From contig CAWCNS010000004.1 in NCBI GenBank assembly GCA_963796965.1, positions 704,001-768,000 of the forward strand: a stretch of 64,000 nucleotides of DNA. The letters are read 5' to 3'. The stretch is from Calditrichia bacterium (GTDB taxonomy: Bacteria > Calditrichota > Calditrichia > JAJRVZ01). Below the pieces are notes generated by a model that saw nothing but the letters and a program-made list of their open reading frames with translations, did no database searches and was not told where the DNA came from. Made by a program: the position numbers and the translations under genes. Below, in pieces: positions 1-10,170 of this stretch (position 1 is the stretch's first letter; the number at the start of each line of letters is the position of its first letter).

Positions 1-230
1 GCATGAAATTGAGGAATAGATATCTATATGATCAATCTCTCATGTTTATTTATATTCTAAAATCATGCCAAAATATTCTGGTAGCAGATTTGCAGGCTGT
101 AAATAAGCGGAAGCCCTTATTGCAGGCCTATCCGAAAGAAATCTGAAACAAGGTTGCATCCTTTTAAATCATATTAATATATGATTGAACACACATGTGC
201 GGTTTTTCGATTAAAATCTGTTAACAAATC

Positions 231-692
231 AAACACAAAGGGCACAAAGTATGCGCAAAGAACACAAAGACTCTGATCTGATAATTGAAAATAAACTGGC
301 AAATAAAATTATTGGGATTGCAATTCAGATTCATCAAAAGTTAGGTCCAGGACTTTTAGAGTCGGTATACCACGACTGTCTATTCCAAAAGATTAAAAAG
401 TCGGGTTTAAAAGTGGAAAAAGAAAAATTATTGCCAATAAAATTTGAGGAGTTAAAATTTGATAGTGGGTATCGCATTGATCTTTTAGTTGAAGATAAAC
501 TTATCATTGAATTGAAATGCGTTGATAAATTATGTGATATACATTTGGCCCAACTATTAACCTATCTAAGACTAGGAAATTATAAGTTAGGTCTTCTAAT
601 CAATTTTAATGTTCTACTCCTGAAAAATGGTATAAAAAGAATAATTAATTAATCTTTGTGAACTTTGAGCATACTTTGTGTTCTTGGTGTTT
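231..692. mobile_element. Putative GxxExxY cassette: nuclease gene bracketed by 40-bp imperfect inverted arms
   Basis: 231-270 aaacacaaagggcacaaagtatgcgcaaagaacacaaaga matches the reverse complement of 653-692 at 34/40; the right arm starts immediately after the stop codon. Mobility is inferred. Confidence 0.65.
251..652 (+). CDS. GxxExxY protein (PD-(D/E)XK-like nuclease fold)
   Basis: LGPGLLESVY signature, YRIDLLVEDKLIIELK, QLLTYL, GLLINFN. Confidence 0.95.
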   Translation: MRKEHKDSDLIIENKLANKIIGIAIQIHQKLGPGLLESVYHDCLFQKIKKSGLKVEKEKLLPIKFEELKFDSGYRIDLLVEDKLIIELKCVDKLCDIHLAQLLTYLRLGNYKLGLLINFNVLLLKNGIKRIIN

Positions 693-717
693 AAATGTAT
701 TATGAAGGGTTCATACA

Positions 718-1089
718 ATGAAAACAAACAGACAGAAATTGGGACAAAAGGGAGAAGACATGGCTGTTGCTTTTCTTCAAAGTAAGGGATTCAAGATCAT
801 TAAACGAAATTTTGAGGCGGGCCAAAATGAAATCGATATTATTACTTCGGATAATGTTGATCTGGTTTTCGTAGAAGTGAAAAGTATACGCAGCCCATCC
901 TATGGATCGGCTGAATTTCGAATTCCCCTAAAGAAACAGCGTTCTATTATCAAAGCAGCCTATGCTTACCTGAATACGTATAAGATACCTTCGGATATGG
1001 GTGTGAGATTTGATGTCATTTGTGTTAACCTTGAAAATTATCCAGCAGGCGTGGCCCATTATAAAGGTGCTTTTTGGCAGGAACGCTGA
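718..1089 (+). CDS. yraN: YraN/UPF0102 family putative endonuclease
   Basis: LGQKGEDMA, EIDII, LVFVEVK, RFDVI motifs. Confidence 0.9.
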   Translation: MKTNRQKLGQKGEDMAVAFLQSKGFKIIKRNFEAGQNEIDIITSDNVDLVFVEVKSIRSPSYGSAEFRIPLKKQRSIIKAAYAYLNTYKIPSDMGVRFDVICVNLENYPAGVAHYKGAFWQER

Positions 1090-1164
1090 TAAAAAGAGTG
1101 GATAAGGTAATAAGGAATAAGGTATAAGGGTGGGTGGGTAATTGATTTGCTATATTTACGTCAA

Positions 1165-1190
1165 GTATTGGCCGTTCGCGAACGGCCATA
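1165..1190. repeat. REP-like palindrome
   Basis: Perfect 20-bp palindrome tggccgttcgcgaacggcca (1169-1188) preceded by gtat; resembles GTAG-type REPs. Confidence 0.6.
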
Positions 1191-1297
1191 TCAATCATGG
1201 ATGTACCTTAGTTGTGTCGCAATCATGAATATATTTTGAATTATTTCGCAATTTTTCCTACCTTCAAAATTAACCATTTAATCATACCAACAATTCT

Positions 1298-2428
1298 ATG
1301 CCATTATCTTCATATCGCACATATTTTCCGATCACTGCAACGGATATATATCTAAATCATGCAGCAGTCTCACCACTTTCTACAAAAGTGGTGAAGGCTA
1401 TCAATGACATAATGAGCAGTCGCTCTCAGGGGCCAATTGAAATCTTTCCACAACTCAGTGAGGAAATTATTGGCTTAAAAAACAATTTGGGAACCTTTAT
1501 CGGTGCAGATAAGGAAAATATAGCGATCATTTCTAATACATCTGAAGGTTTCAATTGGTTAGTTCAGGGTCTCGATTGGAAAGACGGTGACCGGGTACTT
1601 TTAGTTGATCAGGAATTCCCCGCCAATATTTATCCTTTTTTAAATTTGGAACAAAAGGGAGTGTCAATTGATTATGTTCCTTTGCGTAATGGTTTTATTT
1701 ATCCGGATGAGATCGAGAAAAAAATTCAGCCAAGGACTCGTCTACTTTCCATCAGCTTTGTTGAGTTCTTAAATGGATTTAAGAATAATCTTCCGGAAAT
1801 AGGAAAGGTATGTAAGAAGAATGAGATCATCTTTAGTGTTGATGGCATTCAGGGGGTCGGTGCCCTGCCAATCGATATGAAAATCTGTGGCATTGATTTT
1901 TTATCAAATGGTGGACATAAATGGCTTATGGGCCCTCAGGGTTGTGGCTTTATGTATCTGGCTCCTGATTTAATGACGCAACTTAAACCTGCTTTTGCCG
2001 GTTGGTTGTCGGTTAAAGACAGTTGGAATTTCTTTGACTACCGACTGGATTTTCTCGATGATGCCCGACGCTTTGAAATTGGTACCATGAACGTATTCGG
2101 TATTGTCGGATTACGTGCCGCAACGGATTTGTTGCTCAAAGCAGGGACAGCCAGAATAGAGCAACATTTACTGGGATTAGGCAGTCGGTTGATTGCGGGA
2201 TTGGAAGAGGTCGGATTTAAATCAGTTGGATCAGATAAACAATCTGAAAGATCGGGAATCTATTCATTTACTGGACCAAACCCAGATGAAATGGTAAAAT
2301 ATCTCCAGGCAAACAGGATTCACCTTTCACTGCGGAATGAGATTATCCGCTTCGCGCCACATTTTTATAACACTTATGAAGAAATTGATGAAGTGATCCG
2401 GCTTTGTGGAAGATTTGTGAGAAAATAA
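1298..2428 (+). CDS. Class V aminotransferase / cysteine desulfurase-like PLP enzyme
   Basis: YLNHAAVSP, VDGIQGVG, GGHKWLMGPQGCG (PLP lysine), RFAPHFYN. Confidence 0.9.
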   Translation: MPLSSYRTYFPITATDIYLNHAAVSPLSTKVVKAINDIMSSRSQGPIEIFPQLSEEIIGLKNNLGTFIGADKENIAIISNTSEGFNWLVQGLDWKDGDRVLLVDQEFPANIYPFLNLEQKGVSIDYVPLRNGFIYPDEIEKKIQPRTRLLSISFVEFLNGFKNNLPEIGKVCKKNEIIFSVDGIQGVGALPIDMKICGIDFLSNGGHKWLMGPQGCGFMYLAPDLMTQLKPAFAGWLSVKDSWNFFDYRLDFLDDARRFEIGTMNVFGIVGLRAATDLLLKAGTARIEQHLLGLGSRLIAGLEEVGFKSVGSDKQSERSGIYSFTGPNPDEMVKYLQANRIHLSLRNEIIRFAPHFYNTYEEIDEVIRLCGRFVRK

Positions 2429-2545
2429 GTGAATTGAGAAGTGTAAAGTGAAAAGTATAAAAAGGTAAGAAAATATCTAATTTTATGTCTTTTTCTCTCC
2501 ACTCTCCACTCTCTTCTCTATTCGATAATTACTATGGGAGGATAG

Positions 2546-4696
2546 ATGAAAAATAAATACATGGGTAGAATCGTAGCGGGCATTTTATTAGGCGCATTAG
2601 CGGCGGTGATTGTCTGGTTCCTTTCAACTCTTATTTTTCCTGAGCTTTTTTATTCGTTTGAGGCCAGAACCTATGATAGCCGGGTAGCCATTGATATACA
2701 GGATGTCCCGTCGCAGAGTATTGATGATATTGTTATTATTGATATGGACGGCCGCAGTGAAACGGAGCTGGGCCGGTTTCAACAATGGCCCCGATCTTAT
2801 TTTACGAATATAGTAAATTATCTTGACAAGGGTCGTGCTGCTATAATAGGTCTTGATATTCTGTTTGTGGAAGATAAAAGAGATCCGAAATCAGATCAGG
2901 ATTTTATTAAATCTGTGGCAAATTCAGGAAATATTGTAAATGCGTTATATTTTGAGCAAGAAGATTCGCTCAGCTGGCGCTATAAGATGCAAACACCGCC
3001 TCGCGAATTTGAATGGGAAAAATTTGCCTATTTCTTTGATGAAGATAAAAGAAATGTATTTCCTTCAAATGATCGTATTGGCAATGAATTTTATAATTTA
3101 TTAAATGCCGGGTATTCTCTTGGCCATGTAAATTTTAGGAGCGATGTGGATGGCGTTGTTCGAAAAATTCATCTTTTCAGTAATTTTCTTGATCAATCCT
3201 ATCCTTCCTTAGCTTTCAGAATGTTTACCAGCCTTGCCGGAATTAACGAAGTGGATGTCATTAAGGGGGAAGGAATCAGACTTCTATCAGAGGGTGAGGA
3301 AGTGGGAATAATACCTTTGGATCAGAACGGGAATATGCTTATAAACTGGTTTGGGAATTTTCAAACTTTTCGATATATATCTTTTTACGATGTGTTGGAG
3401 GGAAGAGTACCTGCTGAATATTTCGAAAATAAAATAATATTGGTTGGTACATCGCTTCCGGGTTTATTTGACCTGAGAAGCACCCCTTTTAATACACAGT
3501 TCCCGGGAGTAGAGATCCATGCAAATATTCTTTATACCCTTTTAAACGGCGATTATATATCAACCGTTTCCTCGGGGGAATCTTTCCTTTTTTATGCCGG
3601 GTTGGGCATACTCGTTGGTGTAATTATTATCTTCTTATCGCCAATTTGGAGTGTCATAATCATATTCTTAGTCGGTATCCTGGAAATTTTCCTTGCTTAT
3701 TATATCCAATGGGAATTCAATTTATGGTTACCAATTATTACACCGGTTGTTACCTTATTAGTTACCTTTAGTCTTATCTATATCTATAAATATAATACGG
3801 AGGAGAAGGGCAAACGCTTTATAAAGGATACGTTCTCCCATTTTGTCACACATTCCGTTGTGGAAGAATTACTAGCAAATCCGGAAAAGATAAAATTAGG
3901 AGGAGAACGGAAAAATTGTACGGTGATGTTTAGTGATGTGGCTGGATTCACAACCGTATCTGAACAATTGACACCGGAAGCATTGGTGAAATTGCTTAAC
4001 GATTACCTTACAGAGATGACAAATATCATATTTAAGTATGATGGCATGCTCGATAAATATGAAGGTGATGCCATTATGGCTGTTTTTGGAGCCCCTATTG
4101 AGCATGGCAACCATGCCTATAACGCTTGTGCTGCTGCCTTAGGGATGCAAGAGCAGTTGATCAAATTACGGGAAATGTGGGGTAAACAGGGCCGACCCCA
4201 ATTGCATGCACGAATAGGTCTAAATTCAGGGGATATGGTTGTGGGAAATATGGGCTCGGAGACACGCTTTGATTATACGGTTATGGGAGATGCGGTAAAC
4301 CTGGGGGCACGTCTGGAACCGGCAAATAAACAATATGGAACGATGATTATGATCGGAGAAAATACATATAAAATGGCAGGAGAAAAAATCTTTGCCAGAC
4401 AACTTGATATGTTGCGTGTGAAAGGTAAAACAGCACCCGAAAAGGTGTATGAATTGGTGGGATTAACAGATGTGGGAATCTCTGATGCCAAAAAACAGGT
4501 ACTTGATATCTTCGAAAAGGGTTTTGAACTCTATTTAAAACAGGAATGGCAGTTATCTCAAAATTATTTTAAACAAGCCCTGGCTATCGACCGTTTTGAT
4601 AATCCCTCAAAAACATATACCCAGCGCTGCGAAAAATTTTTAGCAAATCCTCCCGATGATAATTGGGACGGGGTTTTTACCATGCTGACAAAATGA
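2546..4696 (+). CDS. CHASE2-domain adenylate/guanylate cyclase
   Basis: WPRS, DVDGVVR, PGVEIHAN (CHASE2), TM helices, FSDVAGFT, DKYEGDAIMA, GDAVNLGARLE. Confidence 0.93.
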   Translation: MKNKYMGRIVAGILLGALAAVIVWFLSTLIFPELFYSFEARTYDSRVAIDIQDVPSQSIDDIVIIDMDGRSETELGRFQQWPRSYFTNIVNYLDKGRAAIIGLDILFVEDKRDPKSDQDFIKSVANSGNIVNALYFEQEDSLSWRYKMQTPPREFEWEKFAYFFDEDKRNVFPSNDRIGNEFYNLLNAGYSLGHVNFRSDVDGVVRKIHLFSNFLDQSYPSLAFRMFTSLAGINEVDVIKGEGIRLLSEGEEVGIIPLDQNGNMLINWFGNFQTFRYISFYDVLEGRVPAEYFENKIILVGTSLPGLFDLRSTPFNTQFPGVEIHANILYTLLNGDYISTVSSGESFLFYAGLGILVGVIIIFLSPIWSVIIIFLVGILEIFLAYYIQWEFNLWLPIITPVVTLLVTFSLIYIYKYNTEEKGKRFIKDTFSHFVTHSVVEELLANPEKIKLGGERKNCTVMFSDVAGFTTVSEQLTPEALVKLLNDYLTEMTNIIFKYDGMLDKYEGDAIMAVFGAPIEHGNHAYNACAAALGMQEQLIKLREMWGKQGRPQLHARIGLNSGDMVVGNMGSETRFDYTVMGDAVNLGARLEPANKQYGTMIMIGENTYKMAGEKIFARQLDMLRVKGKTAPEKVYELVGLTDVGISDAKKQVLDIFEKGFELYLKQEWQLSQNYFKQALAIDRFDNPSKTYTQRCEKFLANPPDDNWDGVFTMLTK

Positions 4697-4724
4697 AAGA
4701 TTGTAATTGGGAATTTTGTAAGGT

Positions 4725-4879
4725 TTTTATCCACGAATTACACGAATTTTTATCAATGTCACTATTTAATAGTAATTAAATTGATATACTGATTGCAGAT
4801 ATAACTAACTTAACACTCTAATATATAAAATATAGAATTTGTGAAATTCGTCTATAATTAGTGTAATTCGTGGACAAAA
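4725..4879. repeat. Gene-less inverted-arm element (CACGAATT subfamily)
   Basis: 4725-4748 matches the reverse complement of 4856-4879 at 22/24; AT-rich spacer; right arm nearly identical to 14411-14449. Confidence 0.8.
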
Positions 4880-4947
4880 TCTTTGTGTCTTAGCGGCTTT
4901 GCGTGAGATTTAATTAATTGCCAGGTCAAATGACCTCCCCCTTAAAT

Positions 4948-4970
4948 CCCCCTCCTTAGTAAGGAGGGGG
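4948..4970. repeat. GC-rich REP-like hairpin (CCCCCTCCTT-agt-AAGGAGGGGG)
   Basis: Perfect 10-bp stem; related hairpins at 36770, 38378 and 53332. Confidence 0.65.
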
Positions 4971-5000
4971 GACCAAAGCATTACTAAATATGGATAAACG

Positions 5001-6413
5001 ATGATCAAGACAGAAAATAAAGACATACAATCTAAAATTGAAGAGGTCTATCAGAATTCTCAGGATCATATATTTCAATTTTGGGATAATTTAGGCGAAA
5101 CACAAAGAGCAAATTTACTTGCTCAGGTCAACTTAATTGATTTTGATCTCTTAAATAAATTAAAGAATCAGGTCCTGAACACCGAAGAAATAGGACAATC
5201 CCCACATTTAGAACCCCCGGATGTGGTAACTCTTGAACAACGCTTTGAATCGGACCCTGCCGCGGAGGAAGCCGGTGGTGTTGCCTTGTCCCGGGGAGAG
5301 ATCGCTGCTTGTCTCGTTGCCGGCGGACAGGGAACAAGGTTGGGCTTTGATGGCCCGAAAGGGATGTATCCTGTAACCCCTGTAAAGAAAAAAAGTCTAT
5401 TCCAATTACATGCTGAAAAGCTTCTGGCCATTGGGAATCAGTATCGTACTCAGATTCCCTGGTATATTATGACCAGCATGACCAATAAGGATCAAACCGC
5501 ACAATTTTTTAAACAAAACAGCTACTTTGGTTACGATGAGAAAAATATATTTATTTTTATTCAGGAAATGATCCCGGCAATAAACAGAGAGGGCAAATTA
5601 ATCCTGGATCGGCCTGATCATATCTTTATGAATCCAAATGGTCATGGTGGTTCGATTAGTGCTCTTTGGAATAGTGGTGCTCTGGCTAATATGAAAAAGC
5701 GAGGGATTAAACATGTCTTTTATTTTCAGGTTGATAATGTATTAACCCGTATCTGTGATCCGATCTATATAGGATATCACATTTTAAATAATTCAGAAAT
5801 GTCCTGTAAAGTTGTACGGAAAAAGTATCCGGAGGAAAAAATGGGAGTATTGTGCCGGATCGATGATAGTCTTCACCTGATAGAATATAGTGATATGAGC
5901 CAGGAAGATATGTATGCACAAGCTGCCAATGGCTCCCTCAAATTGTGGGCCGGAAATATTGCCACCCATCTCTTTGATCGCCGCTTCCTGGAAGCGGAAA
6001 ATGAAGAAGGTTTTAAATTACCTTATCATATTGCAGAAAAGAGTATCCCCTATGTGAACACGTCGGGAAAGTTGATAAGACCAGAGGATAAAAATGGTAT
6101 AAAATTTGAGACCTTTGTATTTGATGCGCTCATTGATGCACGCAAGACGGTGTGTATTGAAGTTGACAGAAAAAAAGAATTCAGCCCATTAAAAAATAAA
6201 GAGGGTGAGAATTCACCAGAAACAGTTAGGAAGGACTTAATCAGAACCTATACAGATTGGCTGTTAAGTTCTGGTCATAAATTGCCTCCCTCAATCGGCG
6301 AAGGCTCCGCAGGAGCAATAGAAATTTCTCCGCTGAGATCCTTAAAGGGAGAAAATCTGGATACCAAAAAGGTTAAAATTGATAGGAAGAACAACCAAAT
6401 TTATATAGCCTAG
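5001..6413 (+). CDS. UDP-N-acetylglucosamine pyrophosphorylase (UDPGP type 1 / UAP1-like)
   Basis: VAGGQGTRLGFDGPKG, PNGHGG, QVDN, KFETFVFD, EFSPLKN. Confidence 0.9.
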   Translation: MIKTENKDIQSKIEEVYQNSQDHIFQFWDNLGETQRANLLAQVNLIDFDLLNKLKNQVLNTEEIGQSPHLEPPDVVTLEQRFESDPAAEEAGGVALSRGEIAACLVAGGQGTRLGFDGPKGMYPVTPVKKKSLFQLHAEKLLAIGNQYRTQIPWYIMTSMTNKDQTAQFFKQNSYFGYDEKNIFIFIQEMIPAINREGKLILDRPDHIFMNPNGHGGSISALWNSGALANMKKRGIKHVFYFQVDNVLTRICDPIYIGYHILNNSEMSCKVVRKKYPEEKMGVLCRIDDSLHLIEYSDMSQEDMYAQAANGSLKLWAGNIATHLFDRRFLEAENEEGFKLPYHIAEKSIPYVNTSGKLIRPEDKNGIKFETFVFDALIDARKTVCIEVDRKKEFSPLKNKEGENSPETVRKDLIRTYTDWLLSSGHKLPPSIGEGSAGAIEISPLRSLKGENLDTKKVKIDRKNNQIYIA

Positions 6414-6440
6414 TATTAATGTTTCTATAATGTATTACAT

Positions 6441-6503
6441 TTTACTCTTTACTCTTTACTCTCTACTCTCTACTCTCCACTCTCCACTCTCCACTCTCTA
6501 CTC
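6441..6503. repeat. Heptamer tandem repeat (TYYACTC)x9
   Basis: tttactc x3, tctactc x2, tccactc x3, tctactc, lying between convergent genes. Confidence 0.9.
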
Positions 6504-6510
6504 TCTAAGA

Positions 6511-7770
6511 CTAGCTCCGGCTTACCACGCATTGATTCCTCCCTTTCTTTTTGGCAGAATAAAGAGATTTATCGGCTGCCTCAATAACATCCTCGGGAGT
6601 TTTTAAATTCTCACTGCGCTGGGCGAGTCCAATGCTTATAGTAATTTTGATTTTTTTCCCATCAGGTGAATTTTTTCCACGGTCCTTTTCCGACTTGCTA
6701 CTCCGTTTGGTTTCACTCATACGGATAAAAAAACGGCTCTTATCCAATTCTTCACGCATTTGTTCAAGCCGCCAGATTACTTCACTCGCTTTACGGCCAG
6801 GGTAAATGATTGAAAACTCTTCCCCACCATATCTAAACACTTTCGATTTGCTGTAGTACTTCAAATGGGAGGCCACATATCGCAGGGCATTATCCCCTTC
6901 AGTATGACCATAGGTATCATTAAATTTTTTAAAATGATCGATATCGAGCATGGCAATGGAATATTTTCGACCAAGTTTTTTTAGTTGTTCATTAAATGCA
7001 CGACGATTTGGAACACTGGTTAATTCGTCAATATACACGTTTTGCCAGTATAATTTATAAACCGAATATAAATTGATTAGCCCAATAATGGTAAAGGCGA
7101 AAGCATTGTAAATTTTCAAATCCAGTGAGAATTCCTGGATAATAATGTTCTTATTAAAAACCATCAATAATGTAATAAATGACAGGACAAGAGCAATCTT
7201 ATAGGAATAAATAGCCTTTTCCTGGCGGATCAATAGAAATATTGATGTGCTGATCAGTGCCGGCCAAATCAAATCTGGTAGAATCCAAAGATCTGAAGAT
7301 AAAACCCACTGCCCTGAAAATATTTTCTCCAGGAGTAAATTCTCAGATTTTGTGATCATATAACTCGCTATCAATATGACAATGACACTACCCAGTCTCA
7401 GCAGACTAAATAATCCCAAAAATGCACCTTCATCAAGAATGAAGAAAAACAAAAAATTGGCAATCGAAAAAATGATAAGAACTTTTTGAAAATAATCGTA
7501 ATCGATAGGTTGAAGCGCTCTAAAAGCAAGACCATGTACGGATATAAATAATAATAAGAGGAGAATAGTAGAATATAAAATACGGGTTTGATTGAGACGA
7601 AGTCCCAAAAAGGCGACAAGTCCCAACAAAAGAATGGGCGCAAGAAAAAATAACTCGTATGCGGTTGATACGGCAGTATAGGGAGGCAACATCGGTTTGA
7701 TTAAGGGTAGAAAAGCCGGTGCACAAGCAAGTATGAGTAAAAGGAAGATTCTAAAATGGAGACTTTTCAT
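6511..7770 (-). CDS. Membrane-anchored diguanylate cyclase
   Basis: N-terminal TM helices; DELTSVPNRR, DIDHFKKFNDTYGH, RYGGEEF, KKKGRN. Confidence 0.92.
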   Translation of the reverse strand: MKSLHFRIFLLLILACAPAFLPLIKPMLPPYTAVSTAYELFFLAPILLLGLVAFLGLRLNQTRILYSTILLLLLFISVHGLAFRALQPIDYDYFQKVLIIFSIANFLFFFILDEGAFLGLFSLLRLGSVIVILIASYMITKSENLLLEKIFSGQWVLSSDLWILPDLIWPALISTSIFLLIRQEKAIYSYKIALVLSFITLLMVFNKNIIIQEFSLDLKIYNAFAFTIIGLINLYSVYKLYWQNVYIDELTSVPNRRAFNEQLKKLGRKYSIAMLDIDHFKKFNDTYGHTEGDNALRYVASHLKYYSKSKVFRYGGEEFSIIYPGRKASEVIWRLEQMREELDKSRFFIRMSETKRSSKSEKDRGKNSPDGKKIKITISIGLAQRSENLKTPEDVIEAADKSLYSAKKKGRNQCVVSRS

Positions 7771-7996
7771 ATTTAATTATCTTTTTCAGTACCTATAGTT
7801 GCCTAAGATTTCTATCGAGCAGTAACAGGAAAAGTTTAGCCAAATTGCAATTATTTTCATGGGTAATGCCCTGCCAATCGCTCTTTTTAATATATAGAAA
7901 ATATATTTTAGATGTAATGATAAATTAAAATTTTAGATGTGGGGTCGAATTGCTATTCTTATTGAAATTATTTAAATTTTTGCCCTTAATTTAAAA

Positions 7997-8069
7997 GCCA
8001 CCGTAGCTCAGCTGGTAGAGCAGTTCACTCGTAATGATCAGGTCAGCGGTTCAACTCCGCTCGGTGGCT
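7997..8069 (+). tRNA. tRNA-Thr(CGT)
   Basis: Acceptor stem gccaccg/cggtggc, D-arm gctcagctggtagagc, anticodon loop ctCGTaa, T-arm ggttcaactcc; CCA not encoded. Confidence 0.93.
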
Positions 8070-8148
8070 CTTTGATTTTATTTGTTTAACTGACTGCTTC
8101 CCCCTAATAGGATTTCACTCATTTAACGCAAAAATCGCAAAGATTATT

Positions 8149-8245
8149 AACCACCACCTAAAACGCGGTAAACCGAAAGCACCAAAACACAGCAAATATT
8201 TTTAATATAATATTGATTAATTTCGGTGATATTCGGTGGTTAATT
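8149..8245. repeat. Dispersed ~95-bp element (AACCACC ends); copies at 35834-35925 (reverse) and 36840-36885 (partial)
   Basis: 8149-8183 matches the reverse complement of 35891-35925 at 33/35. Confidence 0.75.
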
Positions 8246-8394
8246 AAATCTTTTGTTTGCAGCAATATGCTGCGATATGAATAGATCAGTTTAATTATTA
8301 TTTGTAAGTTTGATTACTGCATATGTTTATTGAGAACGTTAATCTGATACCCAGGTGTTAAAATATTTAGACAGGATTTAGTGAGAATTAGATC

Positions 8395-8871
8395 ATGATT
8401 TTTATGAAATACATTTTATTATTTGTTTTGGCTATTCAAATATTGCATTGTGACAAACATTCTGTTGTCGATTTTGACAAAACAAAAATCTTAAAAATCA
8501 GAGGACGGGTAATTGACAGGAACTCAAAGGACGGCGTGTCCGCGGCGAAGGTTCGATTTTATTCAATATATCGTCCTGCCGAGACAATTGTATTTACTGA
8601 TAATAGTGGATTTTATGAATTACTGACTTTTGAAGTATTCTGCTCTGAGTTTGTTGTTGTTCCGGAAGATATGGATCTAACATGGAGACCAAATGATCGT
8701 TATTTTATTTCCGCGACAAAAGTAGGATATGATACACTCACTTCAGGAGCCTTTTTTGCGGATATCCATTGTTTTGATATTGATCAGATTGTAAATATGA
8801 GTATTATCCATCTAAATCATCAGGAAGAATCGGTAAAAGAAAGGGGCATGCCCATACTTAATAATGATTAA
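8395..8871 (+). CDS. Putative lipoprotein with carboxypeptidase-regulatory-like domain
   Basis: Signal peptide then Cys; IRGRVID...VSAAKV...TDNSGFY...ATKVGY pattern. Confidence 0.55.
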   Translation: MIFMKYILLFVLAIQILHCDKHSVVDFDKTKILKIRGRVIDRNSKDGVSAAKVRFYSIYRPAETIVFTDNSGFYELLTFEVFCSEFVVVPEDMDLTWRPNDRYFISATKVGYDTLTSGAFFADIHCFDIDQIVNMSIIHLNHQEESVKERGMPILNND

Positions 8872-9088
8872 AACTTGGAATATTGAAAATATAAAAACTT
8901 TTTTATTTTATCATTTTGAAAACTATAAACTTAACCGCACTAATGAAAACTTATTATCAAAATATATTTGCATTTCTATATAAGTAATGTTTATACTTTG
9001 ATATATCTGAGAATCGCCATCCTTAAAATCAGACAAACCATATTTACATATATATAAATCTTACCCTATTATTTTGTGAGGTATTTTC

Positions 9089-9838
9089 TTGCCAACCGCT
9101 CTTGTTTCTAGTGAAGGCCAGGGAGGGACTGAAGAGTTAGAGAAGATAGTATCGAGCCTTAAACACTGGGAAATCCATAGGTATGATGAGGTGGAGAGGT
9201 CCGTTCAATCTCTCGATATGCTTTTAAATCAGGTGGATTTACATTTTCTTATTTACGATAAGCAGCTTAGTAAAGATTCTATCCAGGAATTAGATGGGAT
9301 ACGTAAACGAATGCCATTTACTTCGATCGTTTATTATCACAGCGTATTACTTAATCAACAATATCTCATTCTTGCCCAGTTTGAAGTAAATGCCTGTATT
9401 ATCGGGAAATACCGACAGAGATATCTGCTTGAATTATTACCCCGGTTATGGGATAAACACTGGAAAAAAATTCCAGCATGGATTTATTCTACGGATACTT
9501 CCTCATTAAATCCCTGGGCCAGCAGCGTCATATCATTTATTGAGAATCATACCTTAAACTTATGCAACCTGCATGACCTGTCTAATCATTTTAACATCTC
9601 AAAAAGTCACTTCCGTGCCGAATTCAGAGAAAATCTGGGAATAAATTTTAGAGAATTTAAGCAAAATTTGTTTATTCATTATGAAACCAAATTATTGGTT
9701 GAGAAAAAATATAAACCCATCGATGTCTATAAACTTTTGAACTATTCAAATCTGGCAAATTTTAGCCGCTCGTTTAAAAGTCGCCATGGCGAGAGCTGGC
9801 GAAATTTTAATAGTGGAGATACTGATATAAGTCATTGA
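9089..9838 (+). CDS. AraC-family transcriptional regulator
   Basis: C-terminal AraC HTH (LSNHFNISKSHFR, LNYSNLANFSRSFKSRHG). Confidence 0.75.
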   Translation: MPTALVSSEGQGGTEELEKIVSSLKHWEIHRYDEVERSVQSLDMLLNQVDLHFLIYDKQLSKDSIQELDGIRKRMPFTSIVYYHSVLLNQQYLILAQFEVNACIIGKYRQRYLLELLPRLWDKHWKKIPAWIYSTDTSSLNPWASSVISFIENHTLNLCNLHDLSNHFNISKSHFRAEFRENLGINFREFKQNLFIHYETKLLVEKKYKPIDVYKLLNYSNLANFSRSFKSRHGESWRNFNSGDTDISH

Positions 9839-9980
9839 TATACTCAGAAATTTCTCTCGCAGAGGCGCAAAGACGCAGAGAAATAATTTATAAAATAGTA
9901 TAATATAAATTGTTGTAACCTGACCTGGTGTTGACAGATTTTAAAATTTGAATATGGGTCTTTAACGTATTTGCCAGTTA

Positions 9981-10050
9981 GTCATCCTGAACTTGATTCA
10001 GGATCTAAATAGGTGATCTTTATAAGATTCCGAAACTAGTTCGGAATGAC
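9981..10050. repeat. GTCAT...ATGAC double-hairpin palindromic element
   Basis: gtcatcctgaacttgattcaggatct ... agattccgaaactagttcggaatgac; each arm is itself a hairpin; copies at 55874-55966 and 63877-63957. Confidence 0.85.
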
Positions 10051-10170
10051 ATATACTATTCTCGATGAAATTAATAATGATTTTTCTTTTGTACACATCA
10101 GGTCCGGACAACACATCTAAATCTTAGTGTCAGAGTGTGAAAGAAATACAATTAGCAAAATATTCTCAAT

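Noticed and set aside
79..94. Sigma54-like TGG-N8-TTGCA upstream of GxxExxY
   Set aside because: It lacks the CAC after TGG and has no supporting context, so it could be chance.
7997..8245. tRNA-Thr as the attachment site of an integrated island
   Set aside because: No integrase and no convincing duplicate of the tRNA 3' end was found in the window.
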